Assembly: GCF_009914755.1 (NCBI RefSeq)
Contig: NC_060945.1
Source of the DNA: the human T2T-CHM13v2.0 reference genome, Homo sapiens
Direction: 5' to 3' (one strand)
Length of the DNA stretch: 64,000 bases
Positions 45,341 through 64,000 of the stretch are shown piece after piece. The notes beneath the pieces were generated by a model that saw nothing but the letters and a program-made list of their open reading frames with translations, ran no database searches and was not told the origin of the DNA. The position numbers were made by a program, and so were the translations under genes. Numbering within the stretch: position 1 is the first letter of the stretch; the number at the start of each line of letters is the position of its first letter.

Positions 45341-46183
45341 CTGCCATCTGCTTATGCTGCTGTTCTCTCAACCGCTGTGTGTTGGGGGCGTGGGGTCTAA
45401 AACCAGCTGTAACCAAGTGTCTATGTACGGGAACTGGTCTGGGTGCCCTGGCTTACAGGTTACTTTGTGCCATACCTTTGAAACAAGGGACCTGTCCAGG
45501 CTTCCTTCTAATGGCCAATCTACCTCTAATGCTGGCCGGTCTATCTTACACAAAGTTTTAAGTTTTCCTAGTGTCACAGTACTCCATAGTCTCTCTTAAA
45601 TTCTTTTTTTGAAATTTTCCAACATAGTTCCTAGTAGGGTGGGCTTATTTGTGCCTGACCTATGCTTCTTTGAGACAAAATACCATGCTCACTCCACACG
45701 CACACCACAAAACAAAAAAATGGGTAAAAAGGGCACACACACAGTTTTGCAGTTTGCACCAAACAAAAATCAAAACCAAAATCAGAGTAACCAGAAATCT
45801 AAGCCAGGTCAAAACCAAAACCAAAGTATCAAGCAATCCAAGTCAAATCAAAAACAAAAACCAAAGTGCCGGTACAGGCACGCTGTGGGTGATCAGGCCA
45901 TGCTTCCACTCAAATGGAGTGGGCAAGTTCTCAAGACCAGTCCCGTCAAGCAATTCAAACCAAGTCAAAACCAAAACCAAAGTGCCTGTACAGGCACGCC
46001 GTGGGTGATCAGGCCACGCTTCCACTCAAACGGAGTGAGCAAGTTTCAAAGACCAGTCTTACCAAGTTTCAGATGTGCAGACTCCAAGTGCCTGTTCCTT
46101 CCAGGTGTTCAGCCACTGCATTGATCCTCCACGGGGGCCTGCCACACACTGCTCTGGGGGGCGTCCCACCGGGACAAATGCCT

Positions 46184-49100
46184 CATATTCGTTATATCCT
46201 CAGGGGATGTTACTTCTAATGTCACACGAGGTGTTCTCCCTGTGTTCTATTTCATAATATCCTAGGGCAATTTTACTTTTAATGACACCAGGTTGTACAC
46301 ATTGTGACATTATTCATGATATTCTAGAAAGATGTTGCTCCTAATGTCACAGGGGTGTAAACCCTGTGATAGTATTCATAATTTCCCAGGGGTCTGTACT
46401 CCTAATGTCACAGAAGATAACACTCTGTGACATTATTCATAATATTCTAGTGAGATGATACTCCTAATGTCACAGGGGGTGTACACCCTGTGCTATTATT
46501 CTTACTATTCTAGGGGGATGTTATTCTTATTGTCACAGGTGTGTTCCTTCTGTGATATTATTGAAAATATGCTAGCAGGATATTACTACTAATGTCACAA
46601 TACATCTTGTGATATTATTAGTAATATTCTGGGGGGATGTTACCCCTAATGTTACAGGGGTGTACACCGTGTGATATTGTTCCCAATATTGTAGGGGGAT
46701 GTTACTCCTAATGTCACAGGGGGTGTACACCCTTAGATATTATTTGTAATCTTATAGAGAGATATTATTTGTAATATCTTAGAGAGATATAACTCCTAAT
46801 ATCCCAGTGGGTGTACCCCATGTGTGTACACCCTGTGATATTATTTGTAATATCCATGGTAAACATTACTTCTAGTATCCCACAGAGGGTACACCCTGTG
46901 ATATTTTTCATAATATCGTAGGGAGATATTGCTTCTAATAACACAGTGGGTGTACACCATGTGTGTACACTCTGTGATGTGATAGCTTATATCCTAGGGA
47001 GATATTCCTTCTAATATCCCAGTGAGTGGACACCCTGTGATATCATTCGTAATCTCCTAGGTAGATGCTGCTGCTAATATCACAGAGGGTGTGCCCCCAG
47101 TGACATTATTCATAATATCCTAGGGAGATGTTACTCCTAATGTCACAGGGGGAGTGCGCCCTGTTATATTATTCATAATCTTCTATGGGGGGGTTACTTT
47201 TAAAGTCACAGGGGTGTACACCCTGTGATGTTATTCGTAATATCCTAGGAAGAGGTTACTCCTAATATCACATGGGTTATCCTAGGAAGAGGTTACTCCC
47301 AATATCACACTCCTAATATCACACCCTGTGATAGCATTCGGAATATCCAAAAGGGACGTTACTTTTAATGTCACATGGGGTGTACACTTTTTGAGATTAT
47401 TCATAAGATCCTAGGGACATACTACTTCAAATATCACATGGGTGTACACACATGGTGTACACATTATGTGTGAACACCTACTGTGATATTACTCATAATA
47501 TCCTAGGAAAATGGGACTCCTAATATCACAGTGAGTGTACATACTGTGATATCATTTGTAATATCCTAGGGGAATATTACTCCTAAACCAAAGGCGTGTG
47601 TACCCTCATGATAGTATTCATAATACTCTAGGGAGATGTTACTCCTAATGTCATATCACAGGGGTGCACACCCTGTGATAGTCACAGTATATGAGAGGGA
47701 TATTAGCACTGAAGTCACAATGTGTGTACACCTTGTGATATTATTCATAATATCCTACGGGGATGTTACTCCTATTGTCACAGGGGGTGTGTTCGCTGCG
47801 ATAGTATTCATAGTCTCCTAGACGGATGTTACACCTAATGTCACAGGGTGTGTACATCTTGTTATATTATTCGCGATATCCTAAAAAGACATTACTCCTC
47901 ATGTCACAGGGGCTGTATACCCTGTGATATTATTCGTAATATCCTAGTAAGATATTACTTTTAATGTCACAGAGGGTGTACACCTTTTGAAATTATTTGT
48001 CACAGTTTCGTGGGCTGTTACTCCTAATGTCACACGGGGTGCACACTGAATGATATTACTTGTAATATTCTATAGAACTCTTACTCATAAATCACAGGTG
48101 TTCTACACCTTGTAATGTTATTGGTCATATTCTAGGGGACTGTTCCATCAATTAATGTCACCCGGGGTGTACACCTTGTGATATTATTCGTAATATCCTA
48201 GCAGGATGTTACTACTAATGTCACAATACGTGTATACCCTCTGATATTATTCATTATATCCTCACGGATTATTACTCCTATGTCACACGGGGTGTACTCC
48301 CTGTGATATTATTCGGAATATCTTAGGGGGATTTTGCTTTTAATGTCACAGGGGGTGTACACATTGTGATATTACTCGTGATGTTCTAGAAAGATGTTAC
48401 TCCTAATGTCACAGGGGGTGTACACCCTGTGATATTACACAGGCTAACCCCCTGTGACATTATTCGTAATATTTTAGCAGGATGATACTCCTAAAGTCAC
48501 AGGAGGTGTACGCCCAGTGATATTATTCAGAATATTCCAGGGGGATGTTACTCCTAATGTCACAGGTGTGTATACCCTGTGATATTATTCACAATATACT
48601 AGCGGGATATGACTACTAATGTCACCATGTGTGTACACCTTCTGATATTATTCATAATATCCTGGGAGGATGTTACTCCTAACATCACAGGGGTGTACAC
48701 CCTGTGTTATTATTAGTAATATTCTAAGGGGATTTAACTTTTAAAATCACAGGGGGTGTCAACCCTGGGATCTTATTCGTAATATCCTAGGAAGATGTTA
48801 CTCTTAATGTCACATGGGGTATACAGCCTGGGTTATTATTTGGAATATCCTAAAGGGATGTTATCTTAATGTCATGGGGTGTGTACACTCCTTGATATTA
48901 TTCATAATATCCTAAGGAGGTATTACTTTAAAAATCACAGTGGGTGTGCACACGTGGTGTACATCCGTGATATTATTCACAATATCTGACTGAGGTATGA
49001 CTTTTAATATCACAGTGGGTGTACACCCTGTGATATTATTTGTAATACCCTAGGGAGATGCGATTCCTAATGTTACAGTGGGTGTACACTCTGTGATATT

Positions 49101-51960
49101 ATATGTAATGTCCTAGGAAGATATTACTCCTAATACCAAAGTGGGTGTACACCATGTGTGTACACTCTGTGATATAATCCGTAATATCCCAGAGAGATAT
49201 TTCTCCTAATATCACAGTGGTTGTACACTCTGTGATATTATTCGTAATATCCTAGAGAGATATTGTTCCCAATTTCACAGTGGGTGTTCACCCTGTGATA
49301 TTATTCATAATATCCTAGAGAGATATTATTCCTAGTATTACAGCGTGTGTACACCATGGGTGAACACCCTGTGATGTTATTCATAATATCCTAGGGGGAT
49401 ATTACCCTTAATATCACAGTGGGTGTACACCATGTGTTTCTATTTTGTGATGCTATTCATATGTTAGAAAGTTATTAGTCCTAGTGCCACAGTGGGAGTA
49501 TACCATGTGTGTACCCTCTGTGATGTTATTTGTAATATCCTAGGGAGATAGTTCTCATAACATCACCATGGGTGTACATCATGTATGTACACCCTGTGCT
49601 GTTATTGGTTATGTCCTGGGTAGATATTACTCCTAATATCACCATGGGTGCACACCATGGGTGTACATTCTGTGATGTTATTCGTAATATCCTAGGGAAA
49701 TATCACTCCTTATGTCATAGTGGGTGTACAGCCTGTGATATTATTGGTAATGTCCTTGGGATGTATTTCTCTTGTTATCGCAGTGGGTGTACACCCTGTA
49801 ATAGTATTTGTAATATCCTAGGGAGATATTACTGTATACCCTGTGATATTGTTTGTGACATTTTAGGTAGCTGTTTCTCCTAAAGTCAGAGTGGGTGTAC
49901 ACCCTGTAATATTCTTCCTAATATCACAGTGGGTGTACACCATGTGTGGTATTTTTTCTAATATCCAGTGGGGGAGAGGATGATAGTGCTTCCAATATCA
50001 CAGAAGGTGTACACCCCCCTGTGATATGGTTCCTAATATCCAGGGAAGGACAGGATGACATTATTCCCAATATCACTGGGGGGTGTACCACCCCCCGCCG
50101 GGATGTTGTTCTTAATATCCGGGGGTGGAGAGAATGATATTACTCCCAATATCACAGGAAGTGTACACAACCTCTGTTTGATATTGTTGGTAATATTCCG
50201 GGGGGCAGAGGATGATATTACCTCCAATATCGCAGGGTGTGTAAACACCTTCTGTGATATTGTTCCTAATGGCCTGTGAAAGAGAAAATATTACTCCCAT
50301 TATCGCACGGGTGTTCACCCCGATGACATTGTTTTCTAATATCCAGGGAAGGAGAGTATGATATTACTCCCAATATCACAGGGGGTGTACACCTTTTTGT
50401 GACATTGAGTCTAATATCCAGGGAAACAGAGGATGATATTACTCCCAATGTCGCAGAGGGTAGACACCCCCCTGGGATATTGTTCCTAATATCCCAATGG
50501 AGAGAGGATGATATTACTCCCAATATCAAAGGAAATGTACACCACCCCTGCGATATTGTTCCTAATATCCAGAGAAGAAAAGAATGATATTACTCCCAAC
50601 AGCGTAGGAAATGTATACCCGTGCTGTGATATTTTTCCCAATATCTGGGGTGGGGGGGAAGAGGATCATATTACTTCCAATATCGCAGGGTGTGTACACC
50701 CCCTCTGTGATCTTGTTGCTAACATCCAGGTTTAGGGAGGACGACATTACTCCCAATATCGCAGGGGGAGTACACCCCCCGTGACCTAGTTAGTAATTTC
50801 CTGGGTGGAGAGGATGATATTACTCCCAATATCGCAGGGGGTGTACACAGCCCTGTGATATTGCTCCTAATATCCAGAGCCAAAGAGGATGATATGACTC
50901 TTAGTATCGCAGAGGGTGTACACCCCTCCTGTAATATTGTTCTTAATACCCTGGGAGGGAGAGGATAAGATTACATTGAATATCGCAGGGAATGTACACC
51001 CTCCCCCTCTGAGACCCTTCCTAATATCCAGGGGAAGAGAGGATAATTTTGCTCCCAATAGCCCAGAGGCAGTACACCTCCCCTGTGATATTGTTCCTAA
51101 TATCCAACGGGGGAGAGGATGATACTTCTCCCAATATCGCAGGGGTGTTCACATCCCCAGTTACATTTTTCCTAATATCTAGGGGAGAGACAATTATATG
51201 ACAGCAAATGTCTCAGGGTCTGTACATCCCTTCCTGATATTGTTCCTCATATCCAGGGGGGAAGAGGATGATGTCAAATATCAAAGGGGGTGTACACCCC
51301 CCACCACGATATTGTTCTTAATATTCATGAGGGGAACGATGATGTTACTCTGAATGTCGCAGGGGTTTTTCACACCCCCTGTGATATTGTTGCTGATATC
51401 CACAGTGGGAGAAAATAATATTACTTCCAATATTGCAGGTGGTGTATACCCCACCTGAAATATTGCACTGAAAATCCAAAGAGGGAGAGGATGGTATTAA
51501 TACCAATATCGAAGTGTGTGTACACGCCCCTTGTGATATGGTTTTCAATATCCAGGGGGCGGGAGGATGATATTAGTCCCAACATCACAGAGAGTGTACA
51601 CTACCCCTGTGATATTGTCCCTAACTTCCAGAGGGGAGAGGATGATATCACTCCCAATATCTCAGAAGTGGTACATCCCCCGTGATATTGTTCGTCATAT
51701 CCACAGAGGCACAGGATGACATTACATTGAATTTCGCGACAGGCGTACACGCACACTGTGATATTGTTCCTAATATCCAAGAAGGGAGAGGATGATATTA
51801 CTCCCAATAAAGCAGTGGGTATACATTACCCCTGTGTTATTGTCTCTAATATCTGGGGACGGGGGGCGGGGGAGAGGATAACATTCCCTCAAATTTGGCA
51901 GGTGGTTTGACGCCCCTTGTGGAATTGTTTTTAATATCCAGCGGGGAAGACAGTAATACC
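46184..51960. repeat. SATR1/SATR2-type satellite array with palindromic ~62-70-bp units
   Basis: Units such as TGTGATATTATTCGTAATATCCTAGGGGGATGTTACTCCTAATGTCACAGGGGTGTACACCC to ~49945, then TGTGATATTGTTCCTAATATCCAGGGGAGAGGATGATATTACTCCCAATATCGCAGGGGGTGTACACCCC. Confidence 0.88.
47416..47502 (-). ncRNA. MIR5692B: MIR5692B hairpin (satellite-derived annotated miRNA)
   Basis: Hairpin arms AATATCACA...TGTGATATT; matches my recollection of the hsa-mir-5692b precursor except at 47492. Locus fits chr21q22.3. Authenticity as a miRNA is doubtful. Confidence 0.6.
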
Positions 51961-52452
51961 ATTTTGGATAGTCCGATTTATCCGCCCCACCTTTCCGGAA
52001 CTCTGAGACCAGGAGGCGGCATGCGGTTTCCATGTGATCCCCGATACCTTTGCCATCTTCTGTACTGTCAGCCACAAACGTAGGCCCGTTATCTGAGCTG
52101 ATCCGTAAGGGCAGTCCCAATCTAGGAATCAGATCTCGAAGAAGCAGACGGGTTACTTCAGGAGCTTTCTCAGTTCGTGTTGGATAAGCCTCCACCCACC
52201 CAGAGTAGGTACGCCCAAGAACTAGTAAATACTTGTTACCTCCACACTTTGGCATCTCTGTGAAGTCTACCTGGAGATCTTCAAAGGGGGCTGCTCCATA
52301 AGCTTGTATGCCGGGCGGAACGGCTGGCACTTGCCTCGCATTACGCTGTCGGCAGATAACACACCGCTGCGTCACCGTTTTGGCAAGTGCTGACAAATGC
52401 GAGACGTAGAAATACCGGCCTAACAACTTTTCCAGTTGACTCCTGACCTACA
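51960..52452 (-). pseudogene. Gammaretroviral (HERV-E-like) integrase fragment fused to the satellite end
   Basis: CVIC, PFEDLQVDFTEMP, YSGWVEAYP, SDNGPTF; frameshift after PTFVAD. Confidence 0.85.
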
Positions 52453-52665
52453 TGGCATTCGAAACATGAGTATACAGAAGTCTTTGGTAATTCAGGATCA
52501 CTGATGAGTAAAACAAGATAGGAGTTGAAGCTTATCTTTGTTTAAAAAATCCTTTGGTCTTGGGTTAACAAGATAATGTAAATATGGCTTAAAGGAGAAT
52601 CATTTCAAAAACAAAGCAAAACAAGGAAATGAAAAATAAAATTTATGGCCTGGCACAGCGGCTCA

Positions 52666-53154
<489 letters not shown>

Positions 53155-53322
53155 TCAAAAACAAAAAAAGAGTCGAAAATTTAAAAAAGGAATCTTTGTA
53201 TAAATAGAAAAAATGATTTTCGGAGGACTTCAAAAACTTTTTTTCTAAATCTTATATTGCTTTTAGAATTATCTTTCCTCATTGAAAAACTTTTTTTTTT
53301 TTTTTTTTTAATATGTAACTAG

Positions 53323-55791
<2,469 letters not shown>

Positions 55792-55910
55792 AGCAGCAAA
55801 AGCTGAGCTAATGGTGTTATTTCCATCAAGCTGTTAAGCCTGTAAAGATCTTTATCAGGCGAGACTTTGTGGTCCTGTCATACCGAAAGTAGTGCAAGGG
55901 TACACCCCTC

Positions 55911-59036
<3,126 letters not shown>

Positions 59037-59400
59037 ACAGTTAAAAGAGAAGAGCTCTGGCGGGATGAAGACCTGGGCCTGGAGCCTGTCTTGAACACGC
59101 CCAGTGGTTTTCTCCCATGTAAAAGGAGCTGGAGAGATTTCTCCCATCTCTAGAATTCCATGAATGCATTCTGTTCCTTAATCTTTCCACTGATCCTGAC
59201 TGATAATTGCACATACACAAAAGTGCACTTACTTGTAGATGCTAGGATATGTGGAGGTAGGGACAGTATTCCTAGTATATGTAAGAAGGGTATATGTATC
59301 CAGTATCCTAGTATATGTATCCAGTCACACATGCAGGAAGCAAGAGAGGCAGCTGACACGGCCACCAAGGGAGGCACCCTGTCCAGACCAAGCCCACAAG

Positions 59401-59538
59401 CTTCTCTTTCTTTTTTCTTTTCTTTTCTTTTCTTTTCTCCCTTCCCTTCCCTTCCCCTCCCCTCCCCTCCCCTCCCCTCCCCTCCCCTCCCCTCCCCTCC
59501 CCTCCCCTCCCCTCCCTTCCCTTCCCTTCCCTTCTCTT
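59401..59538. repeat. (CTTTT)n-(CCTTC)n-(CCCCT)n microsatellite derived from an Alu tail
   Basis: Pure pyrimidine tract of ~135 nt. Confidence 0.9.
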
Positions 59539-59910
59539 CGACGGAATCTTGCTCTGTCGCCCAGGCTGGAGTGCAGTGGTGTGATCTTGGCTCACTGCAA
59601 AATCCGCCTCCCAGTTTCAAGCAATTCTCTGCCTCAGCCTCCAGAGTAGCTGGTGCCCATCGCCATGCCCAGCTAATTTTTGTGTAAAAATTGGCCCCGC
59701 AAGCTTCTTTCTATCCTCAATGAAAATACGTTGTGGCCGGGCGTGGTGGCTCACGCCTGTAATCCCAGCACTTTGGGAGGCCACAGTGGGTGGATCACCT
59801 GAGGTCAGGAGTTCAAGACCATCCTGGCCAACATGGTGAAACCCCATCTCTACTAAAAATACAAAAATTAGCTGGCTGTGATGGTGCATGCCTGTAATCC
59901 TAGCTCTTCA

Positions 59911-60015
<105 letters not shown>

Positions 60016-60274
60016 TTAAAAAAAAAAAAAAGAAAGACAGAAAAGAAAATATGTAGTAGAAACAGCAACTGTGTTGGCTGGACACAGTGGCACATACCTG
60101 TAATCCGAGCACTCTGGGAGGCTGAGGCAGGCAGATTGCCTGAGCTCAGGAGTTGGAGACCAGCCTGGGCAACATGGCAAAACCCATCTCTTTTAAAAAT
60201 AGAAAGGAAAGGGCCAGGCGTGGTGGATCACTCGTGTAGTCCCAGCACTTTGGTAGGCCAAGGCTGGTGGATCA

Positions 60275-60645
<371 letters not shown>

Positions 60646-61136
60646 TCAGCTTGATGCTCCTTTTCGTGCTAACTGTGCACTGCCTGGGCACAGAAGGCAG
60701 CGTGCCAGCTCGCCTCCCTTGCCTCTGGGCATTCCTCTGTAGCCTGGAGAGGGGCCCACCATCCCTCCCGTCCCTCCCTCTTCTCTCCCCTACCCCACTC
60801 CTCATCCAAGCTGAGAGGGGGCACATTCCCTCCAGTGAGGGTCCAGGCCCGGGGGGCCTGTGCAGGCAGGAAAGCAACCTGTCCACATAGCACTGCTGTG
60901 GGCAGGTAGGAAGCAGGACTGCGGGGACTAGGAGGCCCCTTCTCTGTGCCTGATTTTAGCTGCACAGTCCCGCCAGGAAGGGCCAATGGTGAGCGGTCAC
61001 TGGGACCATGGGCCTTCCAGGATTGTCCTACTGCGGCCTTGGTGTCCACAGTGGGAAAGCAGGCAACGGTGCCATGTGTGGGTAAATGTCACTAAAGCAT
61101 ATGCCATTGTGAGGGTCCAGAGACAGGAATGCATCC

Positions 61137-61559
61137 TGCATTAGTCAGGGTTCTCCAGAGAAACAGAACCGATAGGATGGAGATAGATGTACATAGACGG
61201 ATAGTGAGAGAGGGAGAGATTTATTTTAAGAATCGAGACTGGCAAGTCTGAAATTTGCAGGGCAGTCTGGAAATTCTAGCAAGAGATGCTGCTGGCGGTG
61301 CGGCGTGAGTCCCAATTCAAAGGCAGTGTGGAGGCAGAATTCCTTCCTTCTTAGGGAACCTCAGTCTTTTCTCTGAAGGCCTTAAATGGATGCATGAGGC
61401 CCACGCACATTATGGAGGGTAACGTGCTTCACTGAAATCTACTTAGGAAAATGTTAATCCCATCTAAAAACATCTTCACAGACACATCCAGGGTGCTCTG
61501 TGACCACTGAGCCAGGCACCATAGCCTAGCCACATTGACACATAAAATTAACCAGCCCA
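61137..61559 (-). mobile_element. MLT2 (ERVL) LTR
   Basis: ATTAGTCAGGGTTCTCCAGAGAAACAGAACC...TTGACACATAAAATTAACC; strand assignment tentative. Confidence 0.7.
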
Positions 61560-62006
61560 GGTCCCAAAGCTCAGGAAGTATCATCTTGTCCCAGGGCAGG
61601 TAACCCCATATCCAGTGCCACCCGTACACCCCACCGTATTGGAGTTCCTGCTCATCGAGCTTCCTCACCTGTCTGAGCACACCTGGCTCAGGTGCAGCCG
61701 TTGTCCATCAGGGACCCGGAGCCTTCTCTTGCTGTCTCCATCCAGGCTCCCCAAGGCTTTGGTCTCTTCCATTGCTGACTTGCCCTGTTGAGCTGGGGCT
61801 CATCATATTTCTCTATTGTTGCTGTAGTTTTTGTGTGTGGAATTTTTTTATTTTTGTAGAGACGGGTCTTACTATGTTGTCCAGGCTGGTCCCAAACTCC
61901 TGGCCTCAAGCAGTCCTCCTGCCTTGGCCTCCCAAAGTACTAGGACTACAAGTGTGAGCCATGGAGCCCAACCAGTTAATCATGTTTCAACTGTTCATTG
62001 ACCTCA

Positions 62007-62159
<153 letters not shown>

Positions 62160-62366
62160 TTAGCTGGGCATGGTGGCACACATCTGCAGTCCCAGCTACT
62201 CTTGAGGCTAAGGTGGGAGGGTCACCTGAATGCAGGGAGGATGAGGCTGCAGTGAGCAGAGATCCTGCCACTGCACTGCAGTCTGGGCAACAAAGTGAGA
62301 CCCTGTCTCAAAAAAGAAAAAAAAATCTAATTTCAATTAAAATAAAATTAAAAAGAAGGCCAGTTT

Positions 62367-62670
<304 letters not shown>

Positions 62671-62774
62671 AAAAAGAAGGCCAGTTTCGATGGCTCATGC
62701 CTGTAATCCCAGCACTTTGGGAAGCTGAGGCAGGTGGATTATTTGAGGTCAGGAGTTCAAGACCAGCCTGGTCA

Positions 62775-63240
<466 letters not shown>

Positions 63241-63519
63241 TGATCTGCCTGTCTCGGCCTCCCAAAGTGCTGGGATTACAGGTGTGAGCCACTGCGCCCC
63301 GCTGGGCTTTTTTTTTTTTTTTGAGACAGGGTCTCAGCTTTTTAGTCTGTCACCTAACCAGGAGTGCAATGGTGTGATCTGCGCTCACTACAACCTGTGC
63401 CCCCCGGGGCTCAAGCAATCCTCCCATCTCAGCCTCCCAAGTAGCTGGGACCACAGGTATGCACCACCACAGCCAGCTATTTTTTAAATTTTGGTTTGTT
63501 TTGTTTTGTTTTGAGATAG

Positions 63520-63953
<434 letters not shown>

Positions 63954-64000
63954 TGAGCAGCTGGGATTACAGGCATGTGCCACCACGCCCAGCTAATTTT

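Larger units (their letters stand above)
39931..46183 (-). mobile_element. Second Harlequin-type internal sequence lacking both LTRs
   Basis: Inverted homology to 29060-32750 (leader repeats, gag LCKIDRPALEVDWP, RNase H, env QNRLALNYLLAAEG), plus an extra IN C-terminal/AT-rich segment (EPAWEGPYLVLLTT). Confidence 0.85.

Noticed and set aside
45120-45416. ER-rich and SL-rich ORFs
   Set aside because: Translations of the CT-rich low-complexity tract.
47636-51807. Hydrophobic ORFs within the satellite
   Set aside because: Chance open frames of repeat units.

Overview
Human genomic DNA (a human-specific AluYb8 is present), recognisable as chr21q22.3. The first ~10 kb hold the 3' part of NDUFV3 (complex I subunit): the end of the large long-isoform exon, the last coding exon, and proximal and distal polyA signals. 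Convergent to it lies a full-length HERV-F/HERVH48 provirus (13227-22366, minus strand). Its gag and pol are decayed, but its truncated env encodes the domesticated placental protein suppressyn (ERVH48-1). The rest is deeply nested retroelements: two oppositely oriented Harlequin-type (HERV-E/LTR2) proviral relics with ERV3/HERV-IP-like env, several solo LTRs, dozens of Alus, a ~5.8 kb palindromic-unit SATR-type satellite containing the MIR5692B hairpin, and an integrase fragment. The main genes are already known. The most interesting unexplained signals are an intronic 75-bp repeat whose units carry an in-frame 27-nt microexon with splice sites, a second suppressyn-like truncated env ORF, a separate TM/ISD ORF in the suppressyn 3' region, and Trp-to-stop G>A hypermutation in a Harlequin element. 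Repeat-family names are from memory of consensus sequences, not from a search.
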